Positions 12,076-24,835 of a stretch of DNA of 64,000 nt are shown piece after piece. Below the pieces are notes generated by a model that saw nothing but the letters and a program-made list of their open reading frames with translations, did no database searches and had not been told where the DNA came from. A program made the position numbers and the translations under genes. Positions within the stretch are counted from its first letter, which is position 1. Each line of letters opens with the position of its first letter. This stretch comes from Octopus vulgaris (lineage: Eukaryota): positions 4,774,001 to 4,838,000 of the forward strand of contig OX597834.1 of assembly GCA_951406725.2 (NCBI GenBank), written 5' to 3'.

Positions 12076-13351
12076 ACAATTATTTGCAAAAAAGAAACAA
12101 TATGATATCATAAAGAATTATTTTGAAAATATATATTTTTTTACAATAGGATCAAACATCCCCTTCTTGAAAGAAGAGAAAAGTTCCAAAGTAAAGTTGA
12201 CGTTTGACGAAAGTGGACAGGAAAACATAAAGTCAAGTTTACAAGAACTGGAAATTATAGAAAATATGTATATGATGAGTGTGTTAGTCATTGACAATTA
12301 CTTATTACTTATGCCATCAGAAGCAATCAAAAACAACTAGAAATGTGAACGTGAAGAAAACTATTTTAGAATGACATTCGGCAAACGTAGTCTTGGATGA
12401 ACTCTACACAGAAGTATGAGAATGTTAAGACTAAGTAAAAAATATACTAAAAAGAAGTAGACTAAGAATGAAGGCATGAAATAAAATAAGGAGGTGGAGG
12501 AGGATGAGGGGAAGGGATAGAAGGGGAGAAGAAGAAGAAAACGAGAAAAAGAAGCATAAAATAGATAAAAAAGAATAAGAAGGAAAAGCAAAAAAAAAAG
12601 AATAAAAATCTGTAGTGAAGGATAATTAACTGACTAGGCTTCAGGGTTCTACCGAATGGTGGATAATTGCAATAGTGGATTTAAAAAGTTAAAGAAATTG
12701 AAAATTAAATAATAAAAGAAAATCAGGAAAAGAGAGTATCATGTAAGCCAGTATTAGTGGGCTAATGTATCAGGCGCAAATTAGCTTTCTGGAATTCAGA
12801 AAATATAAATCTTTTCAGAAAATAGAAAACAGTAAACATTACAATAAAGAGGGATATAAATATACGCACAAATTGAGAAGAGATTCCAGAACGAAATTTT
12901 ATAGTGTTAATATCGGTAAAATAACTTAATTACAACTACTCAGTATCTACAACATTTTTTACTTGTATAGTCTCAATTCCAATTATCGACTCAGTAAATT
13001 CTTCTTTAATGCAGTAAATTTCAAGAGTTTGCATATTTTGCTGTATTTAGTTGCTTTTTACTGTTACGATATTTTACACTCAACTGTTGAGCCTGGAAAT
13101 CCCAGACGAAGCTACGTATTTTTAATCATCTTTTTCTGAGATAGCACCAAAACTTAGTTTAACTTACTCACCATTCTTGAACATCATTATTTATACATAT
13201 TAATGCTTTCAATCAAATACATTTACGCATGTAATCGTTCCTATTTTTATTTCTAAACAACTAACGCTTTACTCCTACGTGTCTATATTTTTTCTTAATC
13301 TCCTTTGCGTTTTACTCCTGTATATTCCACAGAGGTACCAACAACTTGAGA

Positions 13352-13890
13352 TTCTTCTTCTTCTACTTCTTCTTCTTCTTCTTCTTCCTCCACCTCCTCT
13401 TCTTCTTCTTCTTCTTCTTCTTCTTCTTCTTCTTCTTCTTTTCCTTCTCCCCCTCCTACTCCTCCTACTCCTCCTCCTTCTTCTTCTTCTTCTTCTTCTT
13501 CCTCCACCTCCACCTCCTCTTCTTCTTCTTCTTCTTCTTCTTCTGCTTCTTTTCCTTCTCCCCCTCCTCCTCCTCCTCCTCCTCCTTCTTCTTCTTCTTC
13601 TTCTTCTTCTTCTTTTTCTTCTTCTTTTCCTTCTCCCCCTCCTACTCCTACTCCTCCTCCTCCTCCTCCTTCTTCTTCTTCTTCTTCTTCTTTTTCTTTT
13701 TCTTCTTCTTCTTCTTCTTCTTCCTCCACCTCCTCTTCTTTTTCTTTTTCTTCTTCTTCTTCTTCTTCTTCCACCTCCTCCCCCTCCTCTTCTTCTTCTT
13801 CTTCTTCTTCTTCTTCTTCTTCTTCTTCCCTTCTTCCTCCCCTCCGCCTCCGCCGCTTCTTCTTCTTCTTCTTCTTCTTCTTCTTCTTCT
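13352..13890. repeat. About 540-bp (TTC)n/(TCC)n polypyrimidine tract with recurring higher-order units
   Basis: TTTTCCTTCTCCCCCTCCT recurs near 13439, 13550 and 13626. Confidence 0.95.
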
Positions 13891-14207
13891 CTAAATTCAT
13901 ATCTCGTCTTCATAATTTCATTGCCATTATGTTCCCATGCATACACATATATTTACATACACAACACAGGTACATACACACACGCCACACACATACGTTG
14001 TATATTGTCTACTCTTATATATATACATATAAATGAGAGATTATGTCTGTTTGTCCAGCAAAATGACAGTAAATGGTTCAAGGGAAGCTATTATGCTTTT
14101 TCTATATATAGGAAATCGGAATTCTGTCTCTTTCTTTCTCAGTCAAAATGAAAGTACCTGTTTCAGTGGAAGCTATTATGGTATTGCCTAATTTGTCTGA
14201 ACAAAAG

Positions 14208-14645
14208 TTATGCAATGGAACTATACTAATTTTGCACAAACTTATCAGGAACTGAATTCTGACTGGTTGGGGTAAAGGTGAGACCATCTTCATTCCCCGC
14301 GTACCAGTTATACCATCTAATGTTCCATTCTAGTTTAAGCGGTTACAGTTTCCTATCCCACTTTCTCCTGCTATAAGCATTAATAACACTCAGGATCAAA
14401 CACTAAAAGTTACTGGGTTGCGACTTGAAGAACTATGCTTTTCACATGGCCTACTTTATGTAGGAACAAAAAGGAACAAACGCAAACCTTTTTGCTTATG
14501 CACCCCGAAATAAGACAAAACATATTCACCCTTTAAGCAACAAGAATGCAACAATAATTTAACGTGTGTAACATCTATCTTTTTTCTACTTCAATTACTA
14601 CATGTTTTCCCTTATAAAATACACATATACAGGAGGAGTAAATCT
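14208..14645 (+). mobile_element. Helitron PIF1-like helicase C-terminal remnant
   Basis: LCNGT...ILTGWGKGETIFIPRVPVIPSNVPF*FKRLQFPI...AISINNTQDQTLK...CFSHGLLYVG. Confidence 0.85.
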
Positions 14646-14820
14646 AAATCTGTAGGGGTAGTCTCACCCCGGTTCAGATTCGAAACTGAATTTTTCAATT
14701 CTCCTTGGCCTTACGGTCTATTCAAATGTCAAAAGTAACTGCAACAATGAGTGTTCTACTTGACCTGTTGCCTTTTCAGGGCCATCGCTCAGTCACCCGC
14801 ATTCTGTAAAGCTATTCTTC

Positions 14821-14971
14821 TATTCTTTATTCTTTTACTTGTTTCAGTCATTTTGACAGCGGCCATGCCGGAGCACCGCCTTTAGTCGAGCAAATCGATC
14901 CCGGGACTTATTCTTTGGAAGCCCAGTACTTATTCTATCGGTCTCTTTTGCCGAACCGCTAAGTGGCGGGA
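14821..14971 (-). mobile_element. SINE family A, 5'-truncated
   Basis: Only the last 150 bp of family A. Confidence 0.85.
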
Positions 14972-15068
14972 TATTGCTATATGATATTGCTATTTTTTTT
15001 TACCTTCATTCACATTGAAACTGAATCTGTCAATCTTCCTTCTTCAATTATTACATCTTTTTAAGAAT

Positions 15069-15484
15069 CATGCTTTTCACATGGCTACCTTTATGTAGGA
15101 GCATCACGTGTGGAAGCAAAAGCAATTTTTTTTTTTGCTTCTGCACCTCGAAATACAACAACAAAACATTGTTTGTAAAGAAATATTCACTCTTAATGCA
15201 ACCTGAATACTTAAATTTATTTAATTTGCCATTACTATTATTACATTCAAGAATGGAATCGATTTTTTTTTTACTTCAAGTATTCCATGTTTTTTTCTCT
15301 TATGAAATACACAAATATAGGAGATTCATGCTTGAAATTGATTTTTTCTACTTAAATTATTGCATATTTTTCTCTTATAAAATACACAAATACAGGAGGA
15401 GTAAGTCACATATATAATAATACTTTGAATGTGGCTCTCGAGACACAGCAAAAATACTTAATCGACAATGGATATTACTGCTAG
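15069..15484 (+). mobile_element. Second Helitron 3' remnant ending CTAG|T
   Basis: SCFSHGYLYVGASRV motif; downstream sequence repeats 14435-14645; TGCTAG|T at 15479-15485. Confidence 0.7.
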
Positions 15485-15611
15485 TAACAAATATATATGA
15501 GAAATATGTATGTTAATTCATACAAATATATACTAGTAAGCAGAAACACATCGCCCATTGCAGTCGTTACTGAATTCTTCTCAGTAGACGGAAACTAAAA
15601 GAAGCCAGTCG

Positions 15612-15664
<53 letters not shown>

Positions 15665-15666
<2 letters not shown>

Positions 15667-16057
15667 TCTTTTACTCTTTTACTTGTTTCAGTCATTTGAC
15701 TGCGGCCATGCTGGAGCACCGCCTTTAATCGAGCAACTCGACCCCGGGATTTATTCTTTTGAAAGCCCAGTACTTATTCTATCGGTCTCTTTTGCCGAAC
15801 CGCTAAGTGACGGGGACGTAAACACACCAGCATCGGTTGTCAAGCAATGCTAGGGGGACAAACACAGACACACAAACATATACACACACATACATACATA
15901 TATATATATATATACATATATACGACGGACTTCTTTCAGTTTCCGTCTACCAAATCCACTCACAAGGGTTTGGTCGGCCCGAGGCTATAGTAGAAGACAC
16001 TGAACCCGGAACCGTGTGGTTGGTAAACAAGCTACTTAACACACAGCCACTCCTTCG

Positions 16058-16060
<3 letters not shown>
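15665..16060 (-). mobile_element. SINE family A with a short deletion in the CORE-like segment
   Basis: GACACTGAACC junction lacks the TGCCCAAG...GGG block present in other copies. Confidence 0.9.
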
Positions 16061-16114
<54 letters not shown>

Positions 16115-16127
16115 TTGTTGCTTTCTT

Positions 16128-16232
<105 letters not shown>

Positions 16233-17254
16233 ATCAAAGAAAGCAACAAGAATATTTTCGGTAATTCGGTACGATATATATATATAATATGCCCACATGT
16301 GACTAAATTTTTGTTACGTTTCTGGTCCCCCAAAGAAAACAGATAGAACTTGCTTTCTATATTATGTCCCAAAAAGTTTTTTTATCTCATTATACCTTTT
16401 ATTATTTCATATATTTTTATATTTTCACACATAATACTTTTTTCTCTAGTTTTCTGTACTTTTCTATCCTGCAGTTTTTCCTGTTCCTATATAGACGTGT
16501 ATATAGTTTCATTTGTACACGTGTGTGAATATGTATGAGTAGGTGGTTTAGATGCGTGCGTGTGTGCGGACATAAGAATGCATATATATAAAGACACTTT
16601 TACTTAGTATTTTTCCATTTTTTAAGGTTTTTTTTTGTGCGGGGGCATATGTATATTCATTTTTCGTATATTCGTGTGTGTATATGCGTATATAAACATG
16701 TGCGGGTATGTACATACATGGGCGTGTTTGTATGAGTGTATAAGGGCATGTCCGTATATGAACGTGGTTTTTATGCTTTGTATACTTCCTTATGTTTTTT
16801 CTGTTACCTTTAACTATGGTTTTTCTTGTGCTGGTGTGTATATAGACGTATGTATGAACTTTAACGGTACGCATGTGTGTGTGTATGAGTTTGTATATAT
16901 ATGCGTATATATTCGGCGAAAAATGCGAGTGAAGATGTGTACGTTTTCACAGTGACGTATAAGTACGCACGTGGGTCCGCGAGCGCACATGTGAGCGTAT
17001 GACTAGACTATGAAATTTTAATCTTATTTTATATAAGTAGTAGAATTATAACACAGTAATTTCCCTTTATATAACGGTGTTGTGGATTTCCACTTCGGCA
17101 TCTGAAACTCAGAGTTTTATCTTGACTATTGAGTAAATGTAACATATTATTTTATCGATAAATTTCCTCTATTTACATAATATTGAGGTCTCTTTCTTTC
17201 TTTTGGTATCTTACCGTTTTTACCAATATATATATATATATGTATGTGTATGTG

Positions 17255-17445
17255 CATGTCTATCTGTCTTTCTCTCTGTGTTTGTCCTTACTTCTCGTAA
17301 CTTAGCGGTTTGGCAAAAGAAACAAATTAAATAAGTACTAGGCTTTAAAACATTAAGTCCTAGGGACGATTTGCTCGACTAAACGCTTTAAGGCAGTGCT
17401 CCATCATGGCCGCCAGTAAAATGACTGAAACAAGTAAAAGAATAA
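17255..17445 (+). mobile_element. SINE family A, 3' half, degenerate
   Basis: ACTTAGCGGTTTGGCAAAAG...TGACTGAAACAAGTAAAAG. Confidence 0.75.
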
Positions 17446-18057
17446 ACAGATTTACGCAATATTTCGTTTTGGTGTTTGTGATTGTATTATCGAGCGGATC
17501 CTGTATTATGTAGGTTAGATATATTAACTAACAGACTTTACGACACCAGACTTTACCCTATACAGAAATGATAACTTGACTATAACAAAAGTCGGTGCAC
17601 AATACATAAATTTAATTTCTCAGCCTAAAATGGACAGCATATTAACTAGAATTAACTCATACAAAGCTGACATAGAGCTATACACACAAATGAAAATAAC
17701 TCTTTCTGAGATTTCAAAATTATTCAAGAGAGAACTGCCTCACCGCCACTGAATTTTAGGCACGCCATGAAAATACCAATAAATTAGTTTTCTAGTGGCC
17801 TGCAATAAGGAAATATTTAATAAACCAAGTCTATATTAATGATAAGCCTTTACTGAGTAGTGACTGAATAAAAGATTCAAGTCTAAACTGAAATCCACAA
17901 AAATAACACCATCATATCATAAGGTGCACACCAATTTTCATTCTTTTAAACCAAATATCAAAATATCCTTCCTTATCAAATTCAGCGTATAAAAAATCAT
18001 TTTTAGGATGTAGAACTTAAATTCATCTACTGTGTATCAATAAAATAAAAATATTTA

Positions 18058-18329
18058 CGGAGATGTACTTGCATAGCAAATGATCTGATTTGAGATCGTG
18101 TGCTGGAACGAAAACGATTGCAGCGTTGAAGATGTTTATAAGCCATTTAAGAAACACACAAAAACCGTTAGATTCACTTCAACATTTAAATTTAATTTGT
18201 CAAAATATTTTCGTCGCTTTGAGACCGCGACCTGTTCACTGACAAAATTCCGCGCAGCACGGATTTTGAAGTGAATCTAACGGTTTTTGTGTGTTTCTTA
18301 AATGGTTTATAAACACCTTCAACGCTGCA
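18058..18329 (-). mobile_element. Asymmetric fold-back element with a hammerhead in the spacer and an 11-bp TSD
   Basis: Arms 18119-18182 / 18266-18329; direct repeat AAAAATATTTA at 18047-18057 and 18330-18340. Confidence 0.85.
18196..18246 (-). ncRNA. Putative type I hammerhead ribozyme, G3-C8 core variant
   Basis: TTTGTCA-GTGAACA-G-GTCGC-GGTCTCAAA-GCGAC-GAA-AATATT-T-TGACAAA: 7-bp stem I, 5-bp stem II, palindromic AATATT stem III. Confidence 0.7.
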
Positions 18330-18719
18330 AAAAATATTTAATTTCACATGAATTCATAATTCCATAATTTATGAGTGAAATTCTATTTCTATAAAACCGA
18401 ATATATATTTGTCACATAGACAGGTGGTGGCATGCTTAAAAGGCAATTCAAGGACTGATATTATCACCATAGATTCTTTTTTACTTACATCCGACTGAGA
18501 AGTGTAAAAATATAAGCGGTTTCAAATTTATGCATAAACCTTACTAGACACTACTTTATAGGATATTTGCACCACCATTATTCGTAATATGAATATGGCA
18601 TCGGAAGCCTCTGTTAAAGGAATTAGATCCTCGATGTACGCAAATTTTATATAGAGTCACAGACAAATGCATGTTTTATCCTACTGTCTTCTTTTTGATT
18701 TTACTTTTCATTCATTGTA

Positions 18720-19000
18720 CTTGGAATCGCCTCCAGTCTTGTGTTCTTTTCTATCAATTTTTTCCTCTTCTTTAATTTGTTTATACGTCCTGTTTATAAT
18801 GTCCAGGTCCCTGATCCATAGAGGCGGGTGCTCACTAAGCATGCTCCATGGAACTTTATTTTGGTCTTCACCGAGAACGTCTTATTGTTCCTTGCTCTTT
18901 TGAGTCTACCAACGGCTGTTGCAGCTTTTTCTCTCCTGACACATATTTCGTCCTTTAGAGGGGTTGTCGAAGTCACTGTGGACCCGATATTGCAAAATTT
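18720..19000 (-). mobile_element. RTE/BovB-like LINE fragment
   Basis: IGSTVTSTTPLKDEICVRREKAATAVGRL...KTKIKFHGACLVSTRLYGSGTWTL (LLYGSETWT motif). Confidence 0.8.
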
Positions 19001-19057
19001 CTGTGTGTATATCCATACACACAGGCGCTCGCGCACTCACATATACATACACACACA

Positions 19058-19058
<1 letters not shown>

Positions 19059-19150
<92 letters not shown>

Positions 19151-19165
19151 CTATCTATCTATCTA

Positions 19166-19240
<75 letters not shown>

Positions 19241-19250
19241 ATATATATAT
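19059..19250. repeat. (ATCT)n microsatellite; similar tracts at 47542-47840, 57700-57893 and 63255-63362
   Basis: Direct reading. Confidence 0.95.
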
Positions 19251-19752
19251 GCACACAAACATATTTACATAAACACAAATTCACAGAAATACGGCAACAC
19301 ATCAACGTACTTATATGTATCTACGTACATAACGGAGAGCTTGATCTGTGCCTGGAGCAAATTTAATCACAGGAATAATATCTCCATCATATAAATCCAT
19401 GCTCTTGGCTTTCAAGTCTAATCCACTTTATACAGCGCTATTTCTATAACGCCCCAGTCACTAATTTGTTTATGTATAACTTTACCTCATTTCCTTGATT
19501 AAATGTCAGTTTTCATTTAATGGATATTTGAATAGAAACAACTGTCTCTGATGTACACTGCGTGTCTATTTTACCGTGTCTATGTTTATATATGAACGCG
19601 CACTCATAATCTCACATTCACTGTTATACGTCTTTCGGTATTTATAGGTGTGAATGTATGTATGTATGTGTGTCTAAGTCTGTGTGTGTAGGTGTTAGTG
19701 TGTCTATGTATAAATAGATGTCGAAAAATGCATTACAATAGATTTACTTACG

Positions 19753-19785
<33 letters not shown>

Positions 19786-20398
19786 CCAACATTCTCATTA
19801 GCGATTATATATATAAATATGTATATGTATACAGATACACTCACACATAAAAATGCCATCACACACTACGTGTATATACACCTACATGCATACATAGATG
19901 CTTGTGCGCACGTCTTTGAATGAATGTGTCTGCGTGTTTAGAATGTGTATATGTATTTGAGTATGTGTATCTTTAGGAATCAAAAATCATAAATATCATC
20001 ATGGCAAATGTCTTTTTATAGAAATTCTTCGGAAGTGAATTGGAAACACGCTGGTGAAACGAGAAATGAAAATTAAAACATTTCTAAATTTGTTTAGTAT
20101 ATCAGGTAATAAACAAAATGTTGAATATGTTGGCAAAGGTTTTATATTTTAAGAAATAACACGTCAGGATGATTATGAAATTTTAAGAAAAGACAAAAAA
20201 TAAATGCTGACATAATAACTGGATAGAAGGGTGATTTGGGAAAAAATAATCGTAAGAGATTTATAATGGATTAGTACTTTATTAAAAATCTTTCGTGCGT
20301 ATTTAAAAAAAATAAATGAATGTTTATTTACTAAATTGCCAACTCCTCTCTTAAATATTGCAACATATGTAGGTGGAACTACGACAATATATTTATGA

Positions 20399-20630
20399 GG
20401 CGGTGAGCTGGCAGAAACGTTAGCACGCCGGGCGAAATGCGTAGCCGTATTTCGTCCGCCGTTACGTTCTGAGTTCAAATTCCGCCGAGGTCGACTTTGC
20501 CTTTCATCCTTTCGGGGTCGATAAATAAAGTACCAGTTACGCACTGGGGTCGATGTAATCGACTTAATCCCTTTGTCTGTCCTTGTTTGTCCCCTCTATG
20601 TTTAGCCCTTTGTGGGCAGTAAAGAAATAA
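20399..20630 (+). mobile_element. SINE family B (tRNA head, Meta-domain-like body), young full-length copy
   Basis: B box GAGTTCAAATTCC; body GTCGACTTTGCCTTTCATCCTTTCGGGGTCGATAAA; 14-bp TSD AATATATTTATGAG (20386-20399, 20630-20643). Confidence 0.9.
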
Positions 20631-21912
20631 ATATATTTATGAGTACATAAAACAAATCTGATTGGTAAATATTTTTTCAGAGTAATACTTTGAGCGGAAA
20701 TGAACAGAGTATATCTAAACTACAGAATTACCAATGTATATAGTATTTAGATATGCACACCTACACCGCCGTTCCTTCCTCTCCTTCATCTGTAGCTCGA
20801 GGGACGGGAGCGATAACCCTACTCCATTTTACTCTTACACAGATATTATTGTATATGTGCATATATGTATACTTAATTATCTGAAATGTTCATTACTGTA
20901 CGATAAGGACACTAAGAAAGATAAGAGACAGAAAACACGTAAAACATATATATATATATATATATAAAACATATTTATATGGGGATGAAAGTAAGAAGTT
21001 AGAATTGATTCTTGAGTGTTTTTTTTTTAGCTAGTCGAGAGAAAGAGGGTAAAAACTAGGAAAAAATGTAGAGAATAAGAACTAGGAAATACGTGGAAAG
21101 AAAGAAAGATGCATAAAGTGAGTAATCAGACATTTTCGTTATAGAGACAATGGAAATAAAGTTAGAGAATAATTGGAAGAATGGGGGATATATGGAAGAG
21201 GGAAGAAAAGAAATGTTAGAGGACTGCCAATATGGATTCTTCCTTTATGCTGTACGATAGGAACTTCAAGAAAACTTAGAAAGTGATGAATGCGTGAAAG
21301 ATATTTATATAAGAATAAGAGTAAGGAAACGGGAGCTCCCTTTTTTTCCCTGTTAGAGTTACCCCCTTCACCTACATCAGCGGTGTTAACTAATCGTACA
21401 ACTGAATACAAACGTGCGAAAAAATGTGCTTAATTAAACTAGGAAACCCGCACCTAAATAATACTAACCAATCTACCACAAGCAAACCTCTGCCCAGCAA
21501 ATTTACCTGTGCAAGAACAAAAATCTAATGTAAGAATTACCACTTTCTTTACATTACCATCAGATATATATCAATTATTTTCGCATCCTAACCGATGCAT
21601 CTATCTATGTTCGCATTCTGAAGAGATTTACTTAAACCAGTAAATTGAAACGATCGTAAATGCTACCCTCATCTTCTCATCTTTGCTTCTTCATTCTTTG
21701 TTATCTATTTAATTAAAGATATACCAGCGAAAACCCCGAGTTTCCCATTGTTATTATATCCATTTTCTTCTATATAACCTAAACTTCGGTTTACCAACCG
21801 AACCACCTACTACTGTACAACCTTACAAAAGACTGTACCTACCCAGCTAATAGCCCGGAGCGACTCTGGATTTAATTATACCTTAGAGGTATTAAACCTC
21901 TCTAACTGATAT

Positions 21913-22055
21913 TTCTGTCTACCAAACCCACTCACAAGGATTTCGTTGGCCCGACACTATAGTCGAAGACACTAGCCTAGCAGTCACGTGGTGGGATTGA
22001 ACCCGGAACCATGCGATTTTGGTACAAGCTTTCTTACAACACCGTCCACGCCTAG
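21913..22055 (-). mobile_element. SINE family A, 5' part, degenerate
   Basis: TCTACCAAACCCACTCACAAGG...GAACCCGGAACCATG. Confidence 0.7.
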
Positions 22056-22144
22056 GCCCATATATATATATATATAAATTCAGGGTGAATACTTGATAAA
22101 TGTAAGCACCTGTATATGCCAGCTAGTGGCATAGGTGATAGGAT

Positions 22145-22548
22145 ATATGTATCAAATGAAGTAAATGAAAAAACAGGACGCAAAGGATTTTGTGGTACAT
22201 ATGTTTCGGGCTTTATTGAACAACTTATCTTTATATCAATGCATAATTGATATAACAGGTAGATCAAAAGCCTTCTTCAGCCGCGTACAATTGCCACACC
22301 AAAGACTTGTATCACATTATAACAGGTTTGAGAAAAAGCTTGAGAAAAAACCGAGTTTCATTGGGAAAGTAAATCTTCATAGGCGTACATGGTATTGCTA
22401 GACTCCAAAACAAATCGCCATACCATTTTTTCGCTCGATATAGAATGCCATTCTATATCGAGTGAAAAAACGGTATGGCGATTTGTCTTGGAGTCTAACA
22501 ATACCATGTACGCCTATGAAGATTTACTTTCATTTACTTCATTTGATA

Positions 22549-22556
<8 letters not shown>
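22145..22556 (-). mobile_element. Nested fold-back structure with a hammerhead
   Basis: Outer 20-bp inverted repeat 22151-22170 / 22528-22547; inner 167-bp palindrome 22365-22531 centred on 22448; ends in (TA)n. Confidence 0.8.
22192..22284 (-). ncRNA. Putative type I hammerhead with an extended stem-loop II
   Basis: GCGG-CTGAAGA-A-GGCTTT-(about 50 nt with an internal hairpin)-AAAGCC-C-GAA-ACATATGT-A-CCAC. Confidence 0.6.
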
Positions 22557-22583
<27 letters not shown>

Positions 22584-22638
22584 TAGATAGATAGATAGAT
22601 AGATAGGTCGATATATGAATAAATAGATAGGTAGATGG

Positions 22639-22683
<45 letters not shown>

Positions 22684-22973
22684 CATATGTGTCGGGATTG
22701 TATACATACGCACACACACATATATATATATATTTATAAACATACAAATTTAGACATACGTTTGTGTCTTTTATCTGTTTGACCCCCACAGCCGTTTGAC
22801 AATCAGTGGTGTTGTGTTTATGTCCCCTTAAGGGTTCGGCGAAAGAATTCGATAGATTAACTATCAACCTTAAGATTTGCTCTGGATTTGATTCGTTTTA
22901 CAAGGCGTTGCCACTACATGACGACTGTTTAATGATTGAAACATGTAAAAGATATGATAAAATATTATATATA

Positions 22974-24263
22974 CGAGGGACGTTCAATAAGTAATGCCTC
23001 TGACCCACTTGCAGTTGTTTGATCTAGCTGAAATTTTGCATGTGCAATTATGTATATCTCTATGGATTAAGTGGCAAATTACAGCTCTGAGCTAATTGTG
23101 GTTTCTGATTTACAGGTGTTTGAACTGAGTCAAGTGTGAATGGAGCCTGTTGAGTGTCGAGCAGTGATCCAGTTTTTGTATTTGAAAGGACGCACACCAC
23201 AGGAGACTTTTGATGAAATGAAAGTAACTTATGGTGATGATGCCCCATCATATGACCTTGTAAAACGCTGGCATCGTGAATTCAAACATGGTCGGAACTC
23301 TGTGGAAACAGCTCCCAGATCTGGTCACCCCCCTTCTGCCATTGATGAGGCATCTGTCCGTCAAGTTGAGGCTGCCATTTTGGAAGATCGACGCATAACT
23401 ATTCGCCAAATAGCCCATGAGGTCAAGATTAGTACCGGGTCTGTGGAAACTATCATTCATAACCATTTGCATATGCAAAAGGTGTCTGCCAGATGGATTC
23501 CCAGGTTGCTCACACCTTTCCAGAAGCAAGAACGCGTCGAGTGCTCGAGGATGAATTTGGAGATGTGCCAAGTAGATGAGTCAAAATTTTTCAAAAGACT
23601 GATTACACAGAATGAAACCTGGGTCCATCACTATGATTCAAAGACCAAAGCCCAGTCAATGCAGTGGAAGCACCGTGACTCACCTCCTCCAAAGAAGGCA
23701 AGGGTGCAGCTCTCCTCTGGCAAGGTCATGCTCACAGTCTTCTGGAACCAGGACGGAGTAGTGATGACAAATTTCCTGGCAAAGGGTACCACAATTACAG
23801 GAGCCTATTATGCTTCACTTTTGAGGAAATTAAGAGAAGCTATCAAAATCAAGTGGGGCAAGATCATCAAAGGCATCCTCCACCTGCAGGACAACGCTCC
23901 GATCCACAACTCGCGTGTCGCCAGATCAGAAGCACAGGCGTTCGGCTATGAACTCCTCCCCCATCCCCCCTACGTTCCTGACCTTGCACCCTCTGATTTT
24001 CACCTCTTCCCAGCCATGAAGTTGTTTTTGAAAGGAAGGCGTTTCCCAGATGATGCAGCCTTGATTTCTGAAGTCACGTCGTGGTTGGAGGACCAAGCTG
24101 GGGGTCTTCTACAGAAACGGTCTCCAGAGCTGCATCAAACAATGGGAGAAATGCGTAACTCTGGGTGGTTCCTATGTAACAAAAGACTAATAACTGTGCC
24201 AAGTTTCGTTGCTCTACTGCTATGGAAAGTGGGTGAAGGGCATTACTTATTGAACGCCCCTCG
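22974..24263 (+). mobile_element. Full-length mariner transposon (1290 bp), probably irritans subfamily
   Basis: TIRs CGAGGG(A/G)CGTTCAATAAGTAATGCC (24/25 match), TA on both sides, single transposase ORF. Confidence 0.95.
23140..24190 (+). pseudogene. Mariner DD34D transposase with first catalytic D changed to N and a +1 frameshift near the C-terminus
   Basis: WIPRLL, ITQNETW (canonical TGDETW), LQDNAP, YVPDLAPSDFHLF. Removing one G from the run at 24100-24104 restores VFYRNGLQSCIKQWEKCVTLGGSYVTKD* with the stop at 24188-24190. Confidence 0.9.
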
Positions 24264-24384
24264 TATATATATATATATATATGAAAATATTAAGGGTAGA
24301 AAAGTTATAGAAATATTCTACCGGTGGCCAGCATGCGTAATAAAGTCAAGAGATAACATATTTTTCATATAGATTCGTGACCTT

Positions 24385-24703
24385 AAGAGGTGACCTTAAC
24401 AGGACACCTTACATGCTCGAAAGGGCAGTTAAGCCCAAACCACGAATAAGAGTAATTTCAAAGAGAATGAAAAATATACATTATAAAGTTTCAAATGTAT
24501 ATGAATGGATGACGTGTGTCCTCAGTGCTGCATGAATATACATTAATTTATTATTTTACTTGCACATTGATGTTGAAACCCGAGTATAATGGTAACTATT
24601 GAAATGTTTTTATTTTTCATTCCCTTTGAAATTACTCTTATTCGTGGTTTGGGCTTTAACTGCCCTTTCGAGCATGAAAGGTATCCTGTTAAGGTCACCT
24701 CTT
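24385..24703. repeat. Fold-back element: about 92-bp inverted arms (24385-24476 / 24611-24703)
   Basis: Arms are reverse complements with a few mismatches; the wider segment is flanked by (TA)n. Confidence 0.85.
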
Positions 24704-24732
24704 TTGTGTATTTAAACGCATACGAATTTATA

Positions 24733-24777
<45 letters not shown>

Positions 24778-24802
24778 CGTGCATAAGAATATATATAGAT
24801 TT

Positions 24803-24835
<33 letters not shown>

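Noticed and set aside
13084-13118. CTGTTGA-GCCTGG-AAATC-CCAGAC-GAAG hammerhead-like motif
   Set aside because: GAAG replaces GAAA and there is no convincing stem I or III; at best a decayed copy.
13275-14151. Long ORFs of 182-290 aa
   Set aside because: They are translations of the (TTC)n/(TCC)n tract, with no coding signal.
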